Source: Clostridiales bacterium | Lineage (GTDB): Bacteria; Bacillota; Dehalobacteriia; UBA4068 | Assembly: GCA_040767605.1 (NCBI GenBank) | Contig: JAXGOI010000001.1 | Coordinates: 1,124,607-1,188,606, forward strand | Reading direction: 5' to 3' | DNA: 64,000 nucleotides | Shown: one piece after another, positions 41,499-52,802 of the stretch | How positions within the stretch are numbered: position 1 is the first letter of the stretch | Layout of the letters: every line of letters begins with the position of its first letter | The notes under the pieces: generated by a model | Seen by the model: the letters and a program-made list of their open reading frames with translations, nothing else | Database searches by the model: none | Told to the model about the DNA's origin: nothing | Program-made: the position numbers and the translations under genes

Positions 41499-43952
41499 AT
41501 GAATGAGTTTAGCCATGGTAAGATAATTCCCCGCAGTTTAGATAAGGAAATGCGGGAATCCTATATTGATTATGCCATGAGCGTTATTGTAGGCAGGGCC
41601 CTGCCCGATGTAAGGGACGGCTTTAAGCCGGTTCACCGCCGGATTTTATATTCCATGTTTGATCAGGGTATTACCCATGATAAACCCTTTAAAAAATCCG
41701 CCCGTATTGTGGGGGATGTTTTAGGTAAATACCACCCCCACGGAGATACCGCGGTTTATGATGCCCTTGTTCGTATGGCTCAGGATTTTTCTCTCCGCTA
41801 TACTTTGGTAGAGGGCCAGGGTAACTTTGGCTCCATAGATGGGGATTCCGCCGCTGCCATGCGTTATACCGAGGTGCGTTTGCGGAATTTAGCTTTGGAA
41901 ATGATGGCGGATATTAATAAGGATACCGTTGATTTTACAGATAACTATGACGGAAATGAAACCGAGCCGGTTGTTTTGCCCTCCCGTATTCCTAATTTGC
42001 TGGTAAACGGTTCGTCAGGTATCGCAGTTGGGATGGCCACAAATATCCCCCCCCATAATTTGGGAGAGGTTATTGACGGCATTATCTCTTTAATAGATAA
42101 CCCCGATATTACCTGCAAAGAATTAATTAAAGATATTCCCGGGCCGGATTTCCCCACGGCGGCCCTTATATTGGGGCGCCAGGGTATTAATCAAGCTTAT
42201 GAAACAGGCAGAGGCTCTGTAAAAATAAGGGCGCGCTGTGTTATTGAGAGTATGTCCAATGGCAAGCAGAGGATTATTGTAAGTGAATTGCCTTATCAGG
42301 TAAATAAGGCCTCTTTGATAGAAAAAATAGCGGATTTAGTTCGGGATAAAAAAGTTGAGGGTATTACAGATTTGCGGGATGAAAGCGATAAAGACGGCCT
42401 GCGTATTGTAATAGAGGTTAAAAAAGAGGCCAATGCCAGAGTAATTTTAAACCAGCTTTATAAGCATACATCCCTGCAAACCAGCTTTGGTATTATTATG
42501 CTGGCATTGGTTAACGGCATCCCCAAGGTTTTAACCCTAAAAGAAATTTTAGAAGAATATATTCTGCATCAAAAAGAAATAATTGTTCGCCGCAGCCGCT
42601 TTGATTTAAATAAAGCTCAGGAGAGGGCCCATATTGTAGAGGGCTTAAAAATTGCCCTGGATTTTATTGACGAGGTTGTGGCTACTATCCGCTCCGCCTC
42701 CTCCACCGAGGAGGCCAGAGAAAAGCTGATGGAGCGCTTCGGCCTTTCCCAACGCCAGGCCCAGGCTATTCTGGAAATGCGCCTGCGGGCTTTAACAGGC
42801 CTTGAAAGAGAAAAGCTGGAGGATGAGTACCGGGAATTAATTAAAACCATAGCTTATCTTACCGAGGTTTTAGCCAATGAAAAGCTGGTGCTTTATATTA
42901 TTAAAGAAGAATTAAAGAAAATTCAGGAAAAATACGCGGATACCCGCCGCACAATTATTACGGCGGATGACAGCGAGCTTTCCGACGAGGATTTAATTGC
43001 CGTAGAGGATATGGTTATAACTATAACCAATAACGGCTATATTAAGCGTTTAAATTCCAATACTTACCGGCAGCAGAAGCGGGGCGGCAGAGGAGTAACC
43101 GCCATGACGACCAAGCAGGAGGATTTTGTAGAGCAATTATTTATTGCCACCACCCACCATTATTTGCTGGTATTTACCAGCCGGGGCAAGGTTTACCGCC
43201 TAAAAGTTCATGAAATACCCGAGGCGGGGCGCCATGCCAAGGGTACGGCTATTGTTAATCTGATTTCTCTTCCCGGGGATGACAGCGTAACGGCGGTAAT
43301 CCCGGTTAGAGAATTTAATGATGAGCAATACCTCTTTATGTGTACCTGCGCCGGAATAGTTAAAAAGAGCCTCTTAAGCGAATATGACACCTCCAGAAGG
43401 GACGGGCTTATTGCCATTAATCTCGATGACGGGGATTCTCTTATCGGGGTTAAGCTTACCAACGGCAAGCAGGAAATTGTTATTTCCACCGCTCAGGGGG
43501 CGGCAATCCGCTTTAATGAAGAGGATGTCCGCTTTATGGGCCGGGCCACCCGGGGCGTAAGGGGAATTACCCTTAATAAAGGGGATTCTGTTGTAAGTAT
43601 TGATACGGCTCAGGAAATGGACGGGCTTTTAGTTTTAAGCGAAAACGGCTATGGCAAGCGCACCCTTATTTCCACCTTCCGTAAAACCAAACGGGGGGGC
43701 AAAGGTGTTTATGCCATGCGCTGTAATGAAAAAACAGGCAATCTCGCGGCTATTCAGGTAGTAAGGCCCGGGGATGAAATGATGATTATCTCCCGGGAGG
43801 GGATAATTATCCGCATTAATGCCGATGACATCTCCGAGCAGGGCCGTTATGCCTCAGGGGTAAGAGTTATTAAGCTTGGGGAGGGAGATTCCGTAGTGGC
43901 CATGGCAAGGGTTCTCTCTAAAGGCGAGGATGACGACGCCGAAGAGGATTAA
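41499..43952 (+). CDS. gyrA: DNA gyrase subunit A
   Basis: active-site region AAMRYTE, GyrA box QQKRGGRG in CTD (distinguishes from ParC), acidic tail. Confidence 0.9.
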   Translation: MNEFSHGKIIPRSLDKEMRESYIDYAMSVIVGRALPDVRDGFKPVHRRILYSMFDQGITHDKPFKKSARIVGDVLGKYHPHGDTAVYDALVRMAQDFSLRYTLVEGQGNFGSIDGDSAAAMRYTEVRLRNLALEMMADINKDTVDFTDNYDGNETEPVVLPSRIPNLLVNGSSGIAVGMATNIPPHNLGEVIDGIISLIDNPDITCKELIKDIPGPDFPTAALILGRQGINQAYETGRGSVKIRARCVIESMSNGKQRIIVSELPYQVNKASLIEKIADLVRDKKVEGITDLRDESDKDGLRIVIEVKKEANARVILNQLYKHTSLQTSFGIIMLALVNGIPKVLTLKEILEEYILHQKEIIVRRSRFDLNKAQERAHIVEGLKIALDFIDEVVATIRSASSTEEAREKLMERFGLSQRQAQAILEMRLRALTGLEREKLEDEYRELIKTIAYLTEVLANEKLVLYIIKEELKKIQEKYADTRRTIITADDSELSDEDLIAVEDMVITITNNGYIKRLNSNTYRQQKRGGRGVTAMTTKQEDFVEQLFIATTHHYLLVFTSRGKVYRLKVHEIPEAGRHAKGTAIVNLISLPGDDSVTAVIPVREFNDEQYLFMCTCAGIVKKSLLSEYDTSRRDGLIAINLDDGDSLIGVKLTNGKQEIVISTAQGAAIRFNEEDVRFMGRATRGVRGITLNKGDSVVSIDTAQEMDGLLVLSENGYGKRTLISTFRKTKRGGKGVYAMRCNEKTGNLAAIQVVRPGDEMMIISREGIIIRINADDISEQGRYASGVRVIKLGEGDSVVAMARVLSKGEDDDAEED

Positions 43953-44011
43953 ACTAAAAAAACAAACTAAATTATAAAAACCTAATACACGGCATATTAG
44001 CGATAAACAAT

Positions 44012-44044
44012 AAAAAGCCCCTGCTATAAAAGGGGCTTTTTTTT
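44012..44044 (+). terminator. Rho-independent terminator after gyrA
   Basis: AAAAAGCCCCTgctataaaAGGGGCTTTTTTTT. Confidence 0.7.
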
Positions 44045-44113
44045 ACTTCACTTGAAAATAAAACATAATAGGGGGATAAAATAAGAGATATTTTCCGGCG
44101 CATAAGGCAATTA

Positions 44114-44142
44114 TTGCAACTAAACATATATTATTGTATAAT
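44114..44142 (+). promoter_or_regulatory. strong consensus-like promoter TTGCAA-17-TATAAT (extended TG)
   Basis: read directly, about 175 nt upstream of the GGDEF gene. Confidence 0.45.
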
Positions 44143-44316
44143 AGCAGAGATCTATAAATAGATATACTTTTATTAATATTCCGTAAATATTAAAAGCGGA
44201 ATCTGAAATTTGTTGATTTAAGCCCGGGGTTTGGTGTTTTACGGCTTTTTATTCCCCTTCCCTTTTATGTGTTTCTTTAGCGGTTTCCCTTTGGGGCAGA
44301 GGTGGGATGGTAGATA

Positions 44317-45516
44317 ATGAAATCGGTATTATGCAATCTTAAATATTCCCTGGCGGGTGTTTTTAAAGAGTTTTTTGCAAAAGGAAAAGAAAGCCTTGAT
44401 TTAGATGAGGATTCAAAGCTTGAGGCCGAAATTGAAATAGCCTTAACTAATGTAAAAAGAATTATTCCTCTTGCAATCCTCCTTATTTTTGTTGAAATTG
44501 GCAACGGGCTGTTTTTTGCCTATAAATTATTCTTTAAGCCCAATATAGCGGTTTTTGTCGCCGCCAGTATTTATCTTTTGCTTTTAGCTATTGTATATGT
44601 TTTTTGGGGGGGCTATGCCCTTTCAAAATATAAAGAGGATGTTGGCCGCCTTAAGCTGGTTTACCGCAGCTTTTGGCTGCTTTTCTCTTTTGGGATTGTT
44701 TTAATTTCCGCTGTGGAAATTGCCTATGCCAGCATTTATAATAATTATATAATTTTTTTTGTTTTAATAAGCGTTGTGCCTCTTTTAACTATTAATGAGG
44801 TTGCAATGATTATTCTCCCCAACCTTATTATAGTTTTATCTCTGCTTTTTTATAATCAGGGCAGTATTAAGGTTACCGGGGAAATTGCCATAATAAATTT
44901 AGCGGCCATTGTTTTTTCTCAGGTTCTGCAAAAGAAATATTTTGAGATTATTGCCAGTAAAAAAAGATTAGAAACGGCAAATTCAAAACTGGAAACAATG
45001 GCGGAAACCGATGAATTAACCAATTTATTTAATCGCCGGGGTTTAGAAAATAAAATTAATGTGCTTTGGCCCTATTGTATAAGGAATAAAACAAATGTGG
45101 CCGCCATTATGCTGGATATTGATTATTTTAAAGGCATAAACGATACATATGGTCATGCCGTCGGCGACAGCTGCCTAAAAAGCATTGCCCGCTGCCTTAC
45201 CATGAGCGTAAGAAGAGTAACGGATGTTGTCGCCCGGGTGGGGGGAGAGGAATTTATTGTTTTCCTCTATGATGTTGATGCGGAAGAGGTGCTTAATTTA
45301 GCCTATAAAATCCGTAAAAATATAAATGCTCTGGAGCTTAAGGCCGCAAACCAGACTAATTCGGCCTATATAACGGTTTCCATGGGAATAAACACCATGG
45401 TGCCTACTATTTATAATAAGGCGGAGGAGCTTTATAAAAAAGCGGATGAGGCCCTTTACGAGGCTAAAAGCAGCGGAAGGGATTGCATGGTTTTTAACAG
45501 AAAGGTCTTTCGCTAA
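44317..45516 (+). CDS. membrane-bound diguanylate cyclase (GGDEF domain, GGEEF active site)
   Basis: multi-TM N-terminal half; RVGGEEFIVFL and upstream I-site-like context. Confidence 0.8.
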   Translation: MKSVLCNLKYSLAGVFKEFFAKGKESLDLDEDSKLEAEIEIALTNVKRIIPLAILLIFVEIGNGLFFAYKLFFKPNIAVFVAASIYLLLLAIVYVFWGGYALSKYKEDVGRLKLVYRSFWLLFSFGIVLISAVEIAYASIYNNYIIFFVLISVVPLLTINEVAMIILPNLIIVLSLLFYNQGSIKVTGEIAIINLAAIVFSQVLQKKYFEIIASKKRLETANSKLETMAETDELTNLFNRRGLENKINVLWPYCIRNKTNVAAIMLDIDYFKGINDTYGHAVGDSCLKSIARCLTMSVRRVTDVVARVGGEEFIVFLYDVDAEEVLNLAYKIRKNINALELKAANQTNSAYITVSMGINTMVPTIYNKAEELYKKADEALYEAKSSGRDCMVFNRKVFR

Positions 45517-45680
45517 GGGCTTTTGCAGATTAAGCAAAGGCTCTTTGTTTTTTATAAAAATAGTTTAGATAAAAGAAAGATATACTATAAAATATTATAG
45601 TGGAAAATTCTAAAGTTTTCCGCTATAATATTCTGGCTAAGTATTTTAATTTTTTAGAGAGTTTTTTAAGGAGGTCGGGA

Positions 45681-46463
45681 ATGGACACAGAAAAAAAATT
45701 AACGCTACATGGTTTTAATAACCTTACTAAAACCCTTAGCTTTAATATGTACGATATTTGCTATACAAAATCTGTTCAAGACAGAATTGCCTATATAGAG
45801 TACATTGATGAGCAGTATAATGCCGCCGCTTTAACCGAAAGGCTAAAAGAGGTTACAGAAATTATCGGGGCTAGAATTCTTAATATTGCAGTGCAGGATT
45901 ATGAACCCCAGGGCGCCAGTGTAACCATATTGGTTTGCGAAGCATGCGGCAGCTATATTGCCCCCCAGGGGGAAGCCAATCTTTCTGTGGCGGCTCATTT
46001 AGATAAAAGCCATATAACGGTTCATACCTATCCGGAATACCACCCCGACGGAGGGGTTTGCACATTCCGGGTAGATATTGATGTTTCTACCTGCGGGGAA
46101 ATTACCCCCCTAAAAGCTCTTAATTACCTTATTAACAGCTTTGAGGCGGATATTATGACTTTGGATTACCGGGTAAGAGGCTTTACCAGAGATATTGCCG
46201 GCAATAAGCTTTTTATTGACCACCCCCTAACCTCAATTCAAAATTATATTGATGAGGATATTAAAAAGAAATACCATTTTATTGATGTAAATGTATATCA
46301 GGATAATATTTTCCATACAAAATGCAAATTGAAGGATTGCGATTTGGATAATTACTTTTTTCACTTTTCTCAGGAGGATATTAGCGGCAGAGAGGTTAAA
46401 GAAATAACCGCAAAGCTGCAAAAGGAGATGGATGAAATTTTTTACGGGCGAAATATGTCCTGA
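45681..46463 (+). CDS. speD: S-adenosylmethionine decarboxylase proenzyme (E. coli SpeD type)
   Basis: [23 protein letters not shown]...[23 protein letters not shown] closely parallels E. coli SpeD; AGGAGG SD. Confidence 0.85.
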   Translation: MDTEKKLTLHGFNNLTKTLSFNMYDICYTKSVQDRIAYIEYIDEQYNAAALTERLKEVTEIIGARILNIAVQDYEPQGASVTILVCEACGSYIAPQGEANLSVAAHLDKSHITVHTYPEYHPDGGVCTFRVDIDVSTCGEITPLKALNYLINSFEADIMTLDYRVRGFTRDIAGNKLFIDHPLTSIQNYIDEDIKKKYHFIDVNVYQDNIFHTKCKLKDCDLDNYFFHFSQEDISGREVKEITAKLQKEMDEIFYGRNMS

Positions 46464-46519
46464 TTAAAATAATTGCCCGCTTTAAAGAGTTACGGGCACT
46501 ACGGGAGGAAGGCTAATTG

Positions 46520-47395
46520 ATGAACAGGGAAGTTTTTGACATTTGGTACTCGGAGTTTCACAGCCCTAAAGGAGATGTAAAGTTCTCCCTTAAGGTGGAT
46601 GAAGTTCTCTGGTCCGAGCAAAGTCCCTTTCAGAAAATTGTTTTTATGAAAAACAATACTTTTGGGACCTTCTTTACTCTGGATGGCTTCGTAATGATTA
46701 CCGAAAAAGATGAATTTATTTACCATGATATGATTTGCCACCCCGCCATGGCGGTAAACCCCAAAATTAAAAGGGTACTGATTATAGGGGGCGGCGATGG
46801 AGGAACAGCCCGGGAGATGGCAAAATACCCCCGGGTAGAGCAAATTGATTTAGTTGAAATTGATGAAAGAGTAGTCCGGCTTTGCCAGCGCTTTATCCCT
46901 CAAACCGCAAGAGTTCTGGGAGAAGACGGCAGAATAAATATGTTTTTTGAAGACGGCCTTAATTTTGTTAAAAATGCCCCGGCGGAATCTTATGATTTAA
47001 TTTTAGTGGATTCCACAGACCCCATAGGCCCCGGGGAAGGCCTTTTTACTTTGGATTTTTATGAAAATTGCCGCCGGCTTTTAAATTCGGAGGGCATACT
47101 TGTAAATCAGCATGAAAGCGCCTTCTACAGCGGGGATATTCAGGAAATGCAAAGGGCCCATGAAAAGCTTAATAAAATTTTCCCTATTGCCGGGGTGTAT
47201 GGGTTTAATGTTCCCTCTTATGCTTCGGGGAATTGGTATTTCGGCTTTGCCTCAAAAACTATGGACCCTTTAAAGCAGCATAAGGCTAAAGAGTGGGAAG
47301 CCCTGGGCATAAAGACCCGCTATTATAATAAGGATATTCATAAGGCTGCATTTGCTTTGCCTAATTATGTTCAGGATATACTTAAAGGGGAATAA
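46520..47395 (+). CDS. speE: spermidine synthase
   Basis: VLIIGGGDGGTAREMAKY...DLILVDSTDPIGPGEGLFT motifs. Confidence 0.9.
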   Translation: MNREVFDIWYSEFHSPKGDVKFSLKVDEVLWSEQSPFQKIVFMKNNTFGTFFTLDGFVMITEKDEFIYHDMICHPAMAVNPKIKRVLIIGGGDGGTAREMAKYPRVEQIDLVEIDERVVRLCQRFIPQTARVLGEDGRINMFFEDGLNFVKNAPAESYDLILVDSTDPIGPGEGLFTLDFYENCRRLLNSEGILVNQHESAFYSGDIQEMQRAHEKLNKIFPIAGVYGFNVPSYASGNWYFGFASKTMDPLKQHKAKEWEALGIKTRYYNKDIHKAAFALPNYVQDILKGE

Positions 47396-47677
47396 TTTTA
47401 ATTAATTTAACTTTTGTTTTTCTTTTAAATACTAAAATAAAAGACTAAAATAAAACGGAAAAAGCCCGGTTTTCTTTAAGCCCCGGCAAAAAAGAAGCCT
47501 TAGGTATTTTTAGTTGGAATACTGTTTGACATGATATATATTTTGCTATAAAATAACCATGTATGAATAAACAGATATAAATAAAATAAAGCGGCTAAAA
47601 AAGAGTGGATAAATCAGGGTGAATAAGGTGTAAAAAATAAAAATAAATTTTAAGCAACATAAACGGAGGTAAAAAGA

Positions 47678-48883
47678 ATGGCCAAGCAAAAATTTGAAAG
47701 AAAGAAGCCCCATGTAAACATCGGAACAATCGGACACGTAGACCATGGTAAAACAACCTTAACGGCAGCAATAACCCAGTGCTTGTCCACAATTGGCGGC
47801 GCAGTAGCCACCGCATATGATAAAATCGATGCCGCCCCGGAAGAGAAAGCCCGCGGTATCACAATTAACACATCCCATGTGGAATACGAAACAGAGAAGC
47901 GCCATTATGCCCATGTAGACTGCCCCGGCCACGCCGACTATGTAAAGAATATGATAACCGGTGCAGCCCAGATGGACGGAGCTATTTTAGTAGTAAGCGC
48001 CGCAGACGGCCCCATGCCCCAAACCCGGGAGCATATATTATTGGCCCGTCAGGTAGGCGTGCCCTATATAGTAGTTTTCATGAATAAGGCAGACCAGGTA
48101 GACGACCCTGAATTATTGGAATTGGTTGAAATGGAAATCCGTGAGCTCCTTTCGGAATATGAATTCCCCGGGGATGATATTCCTATTATAGCAGGTTCAG
48201 CCTTAAAAGCCGGCCAATGCGGCTGCGGCGGCCTGGATTGCCCCCATTGCGGGCCTATCTTTAAATTGATGGATGCGGTAGACAGCTATATCCCCACCCC
48301 GGAAAGAGCAGTGGATAAACCCTTCCTTATGCCTATTGAGGATGTTTTCACCATTACCGGCCGCGGCACTGTTGTAACAGGCCGTGTGGAAAGAGGCCAG
48401 GTAAAAGTAGGGGATCAGGTTCATATAGTAGGCTTACAGGATGAAAGCAAGCAAACCGTTGTAACTGGTGTAGAAATGTTCCGTAAGCTTTTGGATTATG
48501 CGGAAGCCGGAGATAATGTCGGCTGCCTGCTCCGGGGCGTTGAGCGTAAAGATGTAGAAAGAGGCCAGGTATTGGCCAAGCCCAATAGTATTCACCCCCA
48601 TACCAAATTTAAAGGTGAGGTTTATGTATTAACTAAAGAAGAGGGCGGGCGTCATACTCCCTTCTTTAATGGTTACCGTCCTCAGTTCTACTTCAGAACA
48701 ACAGATGTAACGGGTGTTGCAAACCTTCCCGAGGGTGTTGAAATGGTAATGCCCGGGGATAATATCCGTATGGATATAGAATTAATCAGCCCCATCGCTA
48801 TTGAAGAAGGCCTTCGCTTTGCTATCCGCGAAGGGGGCAAAACCGTCGGCGCCGGCGTTGTTACCGGGGTTGATGAGAAATAG
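47678..48883 (+). CDS. tuf: elongation factor Tu (with unusual Cys-rich insertion, see findings)
   Basis: [27 protein letters not shown] motifs; 401 aa. Confidence 0.95.
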   Translation: MAKQKFERKKPHVNIGTIGHVDHGKTTLTAAITQCLSTIGGAVATAYDKIDAAPEEKARGITINTSHVEYETEKRHYAHVDCPGHADYVKNMITGAAQMDGAILVVSAADGPMPQTREHILLARQVGVPYIVVFMNKADQVDDPELLELVEMEIRELLSEYEFPGDDIPIIAGSALKAGQCGCGGLDCPHCGPIFKLMDAVDSYIPTPERAVDKPFLMPIEDVFTITGRGTVVTGRVERGQVKVGDQVHIVGLQDESKQTVVTGVEMFRKLLDYAEAGDNVGCLLRGVERKDVERGQVLAKPNSIHPHTKFKGEVYVLTKEEGGRHTPFFNGYRPQFYFRTTDVTGVANLPEGVEMVMPGDNIRMDIELISPIAIEEGLRFAIREGGKTVGAGVVTGVDEK

Positions 48884-48966
48884 GCTTTATAAAAGCTCTT
48901 TATTAGGCTAAAAACAAAACTCCAATAAAAAACCAGTAAAAAGCAAACCCTTATGTAAAAGGAAAA

Positions 48967-48990
48967 AAGGGCGGATTAATCCGCCCTTTT
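48967..48990 (+). terminator. Rho-independent terminator after tuf
   Basis: AAGGGCGGATTAATCCGCCCTTTT. Confidence 0.7.
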
Positions 48991-49139
48991 AGATATATTC
49001 CAGGTAAAGCAGGGGCTTTTTGCTTTAGGTTTTTAACTCGCTTTAAGGCAAGAATTTCTTGACAGACTGTAAAAAGTATGCTAACCTAATTAGGTGCCCC
49101 TTGCAAGGGGGGCTAATTTGCCCATGAGGAGGTGCCGGA

Positions 49140-49289
49140 ATGAGAGTAGCTGTTACCCTGGCTTGCACAGAGTGCAAAAGACGCAATTATATGAGCAGCA
49201 AAAATAAAAAAACAACTCCGGACAGAATTGAATTAAAAAAATACTGCAGCTTTTGCAAAAGTCAAACCCTCCACAAAGAAACTAAATAA
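49140..49289 (+). CDS. rpmG: 50S ribosomal protein L33 (49 aa; absent from ORF track because under 60 aa)
   Basis: [17 protein letters not shown]...[15 protein letters not shown] with four Cys zinc ribbon; SD GAGGAGGTG. Confidence 0.85.
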   Translation: MRVAVTLACTECKRRNYMSSKNKKTTPDRIELKKYCSFCKSQTLHKETK

Positions 49290-49364
49290 ACCGAATAAAT
49301 CAGGCAAAGCATAAATACTTATTTAGGCTTTGTGCAGCAATTAATTTTTAAGGATGTGAATGGC

Positions 49365-49592
49365 ATGGCTGCAGCAAAAGCTATGGATCCTAATAAAAAA
49401 GGCAAGACTGTCGCAAAAGTTAAAGGCTTTTTTAAAGGCGCCTGGATTGAGTTAAAAAAAGTTCACTGGCCTGCAAAAAAGCAAATAGCCGTATATACCG
49501 GTGTTGTAATAGCCACGGTATTTGCAGCGTCTATTGTTATTTCTGTGGTAGACAGTATTTTATCCTTCCTGCTGGGTTTTCTTTTAAAATAA
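49365..49592 (+). CDS. secE: preprotein translocase subunit SecE
   Basis: short basic N-terminus and single TM helix; position between rpmG and nusG; start at internal ATG (MAAAKA). Confidence 0.8.
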   Translation: MAAAKAMDPNKKGKTVAKVKGFFKGAWIELKKVHWPAKKQIAVYTGVVIATVFAASIVISVVDSILSFLLGFLLK

Positions 49593-49662
49593 GCGGGCTC
49601 TGTTTTGTTTTGCCGTTTTTGTTTGTAAAGGAGGCGGGGCAGTTAATCTGCCCTAAACAATA

Positions 49663-50217
49663 ATGGAAACCACCGAAAAAAAAGAATTAAGCAAAGAGCT
49701 TCACTGGTATGTTATTCATACCTATGCGGGCTATGAAAACAAAGTTAAGGCCAATCTGGAAAAACGGGTAGAATCCATGAATATGGAGGATTCTATTTTC
49801 CGGGTAATTGTACCTATGGAAAACGAGGTGCAAATTAAAAACGGCAAAAGGAAGGTTACTCCCCGTAAGGTGTATCCCGGGTATGTTCTGGTAGAAATGC
49901 AGCTTACCGATACCTCATGGTATGTTGTGCGCAATACTCCCGGTGTTACCGGTTTTGTAGGCACAGGCGCCAAGCCGGTGCCCTTATACCCCCATGAAGC
50001 CGAGCAGATATTAGAGCAAATGGGCTATATGGAAAATCATTTTAAAGTCAATTTCAAGGCGGGGGATAATGTACGCATTATCGACCAGCCTTTTGAGGAT
50101 TTTATAGGTCGGGTGGAAGAGGTTTGCCCAGAGCGGGGCAAGCTTAAGGTTGCGGTTTCCATGTTCGGCCGGGAAACTTTAGTAGAGCTGGATTTTTCTA
50201 AAGTAGAAGAATTATAA
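49663..50217 (+). CDS. nusG: transcription termination/antitermination factor NusG
   Basis: NGN domain (WYVIHTYAGYENKV) and KOW; canonical position. Confidence 0.9.
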   Translation: METTEKKELSKELHWYVIHTYAGYENKVKANLEKRVESMNMEDSIFRVIVPMENEVQIKNGKRKVTPRKVYPGYVLVEMQLTDTSWYVVRNTPGVTGFVGTGAKPVPLYPHEAEQILEQMGYMENHFKVNFKAGDNVRIIDQPFEDFIGRVEEVCPERGKLKVAVSMFGRETLVELDFSKVEEL

Positions 50218-50301
50218 TCGCCCTTTGAGCAGGTTTGGCCTGCTTTTTGTGGGAGGGGAGCCATCCCCGCTGAACCACATTTTAGCTAAGGAGGTGTCCA
50301 A

Positions 50302-50727
50302 ATGGCAAAAAAAGTTGTTGCAATAGTTAAGCTGCAAGTTCCCGCTGGCAAAGCGAATCCTGCGCCTCCCGTAGGTTCCGCCCTCGGCCCCCATGGTATA
50401 AATATTATGGGTTTTTGTAAGGAATTTAATGAAAAAACAGCTAATCAGGCCGGGTTGATTATACCCGCTGTTATTACTGTTTACGAAGACCGTTCCTTTA
50501 CCTTCGTTTTAAAAACCCCCCCTGCCGCGGTATTGCTTTTAAAAGCCGCCGGTATTCCAAAGGGTTCCGGCGAGCCCAACCGCAATAAAGTTGCTAAGGT
50601 TTCCAAAAGCAGCGTTCGGGAAATTGCCGAGCTTAAAATGGTTGACCTAAATGCTTCCTCCGTTGAAGCGGCAATGAAGATGGTGGAAGGTACCGCCAGA
50701 AGTATGGGTATAGTAATTACTGAATAA
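50302..50727 (+). CDS. rplK: 50S ribosomal protein L11
   Basis: [34 protein letters not shown]. Confidence 0.95.
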   Translation: MAKKVVAIVKLQVPAGKANPAPPVGSALGPHGINIMGFCKEFNEKTANQAGLIIPAVITVYEDRSFTFVLKTPPAAVLLLKAAGIPKGSGEPNRNKVAKVSKSSVREIAELKMVDLNASSVEAAMKMVEGTARSMGIVITE

Positions 50728-50793
50728 AAAAGGTATGTTTTAAAGTTAGTGGGAGGAAGATTGCTTCCGGAGAACCACAAGGAGGTTTTAATT

Positions 50794-51492
50794 ATGCCAA
50801 AGCATGGCAAAAAGTATAATGAAGCTGCAAAGGCCTTTGACAGCGGCACTTATTTTGAGCCGGAGGAGGCCATTGCTTTAGTAAAAAGTAATGCCAAGGC
50901 TAAATTTGACGAAACCGTTGAATTGGCTGTGCGCTTGAATCTTGACCCCCGCCAGGCGGATCAGCAAATCCGCGGCGCGGTTGTTTTGCCTAACGGTACC
51001 GGTGTAAGCCGCACCGTTTTAGTCTTCGCCAAAGGGGATAAAGCCAAGGAAGCCCAGGATGCCGGGGCAGATTTTGTCGGCGAAGATGATATGATAGAAA
51101 AAATCAAAGGCGGCTGGTTCGGCTTTGATGTAGCCGTTGCCACCCCGGATATGATGGGCCTGGTTGGCCGTTTAGGTAAGGTTTTAGGCCCCAAGGGCTT
51201 AATGCCCAACCCCAAAACCGGCACGGTAACCATGGATGTAACAAAGGCCATTGCCGATATTAAAGCCGGTAAAGTTGAATACCGCCTGGATAAGGCGGCT
51301 AATGTTCATTGCCGGATTGGCAAAGCATCCTTTGAAACCGAAAAATTACTAGAAAACTACAAAACTATTTTAGATATTTTGCTTAAAGCTAGGCCCGCGG
51401 CGGCCAAAGGGCAGTATATTAAAAATATTACCCTTTCTTCCACCATGGGCCCCGGGGTTAAAATTAACCCTGTTAAACCCTTGGGTAAATAG
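50794..51492 (+). CDS. rplA: 50S ribosomal protein L1
   Basis: MPKHGKKY... with SD GGAGGT; track ORF starts upstream at a non-ATG codon. Confidence 0.95.
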   Translation: MPKHGKKYNEAAKAFDSGTYFEPEEAIALVKSNAKAKFDETVELAVRLNLDPRQADQQIRGAVVLPNGTGVSRTVLVFAKGDKAKEAQDAGADFVGEDDMIEKIKGGWFGFDVAVATPDMMGLVGRLGKVLGPKGLMPNPKTGTVTMDVTKAIADIKAGKVEYRLDKAANVHCRIGKASFETEKLLENYKTILDILLKARPAAAKGQYIKNITLSSTMGPGVKINPVKPLGK

Positions 51493-51677
51493 TTTTATTT
51501 AAATTTAATTATATAATTTGCCAAAGACAGCCGGTTCAATTTGAGTAAAGGGTTTTCCCGCCGGCCCAGGCAGAGCTTAATATACCCGGGTTTGCCCGTT
51601 TTTTTGGTATATTTATGCCCCTGCCTGTGCGGGGGCTTTTATTTTAGCTGTTTTGGATATTGAGAGGAGGTGCAATA
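51493..51677 (+). promoter_or_regulatory. probable L10 (rplJL) leader / autoregulatory mRNA element
   Basis: 185 nt structured, GC-rich-hairpin-containing untranslated region between rplA and rplJ, the conserved location of the L10-L12 binding leader; not folded here. Confidence 0.4.
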
Positions 51678-52220
51678 GTGGAAGCAAAAACCAATAAATC
51701 TCAGGATATTAAAAAAGCCAAAAAGGTCGTTGAGCTTAATGAATACTTTAATAATCATGAGGCGGTTATTTTAACGGATTACAGAGGGGTTACCGTTGCT
51801 CAGGATACTCAATTAAGAGCTAAAATGCGGGGTATAGGCGCAACTTATTTAGTTGCTAAAAATACTCTTATTAAAAGAGCTTATGACCATATTAATGAAG
51901 GGATGCTGGATGAATATTTATCCGGTCCCACGGCAATAGCCTTTTCTAATGACCCTGTAGAGTTGGCAAAAGCATTTAATGCCTTTATTAAAGAGAATAA
52001 AAAGCTTTCTTTAAAGGTTGGGGTATTAAATAATAAGCTTGTTAATGCAGAGGGTATTGATAAACTTGCCAAGCTCCCTCCCAAAGAGGTTCTTTTAGCC
52101 AGGGTTGCCGGGGCTTTTCAGGCTCCCATGGTTGGTTTTGCCAGCGTTTCCGCGGGTTTACTCCGTCAATTAGTTACCGTTACCGATAGAGTTAGAGAAC
52201 AAAAAGAACAAGAAGCTTAA
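51678..52220 (+). CDS. rplJ: 50S ribosomal protein L10
   Basis: VILTDYRGVTVAQDTQLRAKMR core; GTG start chosen after GAGGAGG SD (the track's TTG at 51660 is an alternative). Confidence 0.85.
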   Translation: MEAKTNKSQDIKKAKKVVELNEYFNNHEAVILTDYRGVTVAQDTQLRAKMRGIGATYLVAKNTLIKRAYDHINEGMLDEYLSGPTAIAFSNDPVELAKAFNAFIKENKKLSLKVGVLNNKLVNAEGIDKLAKLPPKEVLLARVAGAFQAPMVGFASVSAGLLRQLVTVTDRVREQKEQEA

Positions 52221-52289
52221 GTTTGATTAAAAATGGATAAACAAATAATTTAAAGGCAAATATGGATTAGCAAATAAGGAGGAAATAAA

Positions 52290-52670
52290 ATGTCTAAAGT
52301 TAATGAAGTATTGGAAATAGTCAAAGGGATGACTGTTTTGGAATTATCTGAATTAGTAAAAGCTTTTGAAGAAGAATTCGGGGTAAGCGCCGCCGCTCCC
52401 GTAGCCGCCGTTGCCGCTGCTCCGGCCGCCGCTGCCGATGCCGCCCCCGCTGAAGAGAAAACCGAATTTACCGTTATGCTTACCGGTTTTGGGGATAAAA
52501 AGGTTAATGTTATTAAAATTGTCCGGGAAATTACCGGCCTTGGCTTAAAAGATGCTAAAGATTTAGTGGAAGGCGCTCCCTGCCCTGTTAAAGAAAATAT
52601 CAGCAAGGAAGATGCCGAAGCCATTAAGGCTAAATTAGAAGAAGGCGGCGCCTCTGTAGAAATTAAATAG
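52290..52670 (+). CDS. rplL: 50S ribosomal protein L7/L12
   Basis: Ala-rich hinge and C-terminal domain ([22 protein letters not shown]). Confidence 0.95.
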   Translation: MSKVNEVLEIVKGMTVLELSELVKAFEEEFGVSAAAPVAAVAAAPAAAADAAPAEEKTEFTVMLTGFGDKKVNVIKIVREITGLGLKDAKDLVEGAPCPVKENISKEDAEAIKAKLEEGGASVEIK

Positions 52671-52682
52671 GTATATATTTTA

Positions 52683-52708
52683 AGCCCCCTAATTAGGGGG
52701 CTTTTTTT
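52683..52708 (+). terminator. Rho-independent terminator after rplL
   Basis: AGCCCCCTAATTAGGGGGCTTTTTTT. Confidence 0.75.
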
Positions 52709-52802
52709 ATTTGCCCCGGGCAAAGGCAAAAAACTGGTAATTAAGCTTAATTTGTATTATCATAGTATGGTATTGATTTATTTTAATAATTTGGAGGTAA
52801 AA

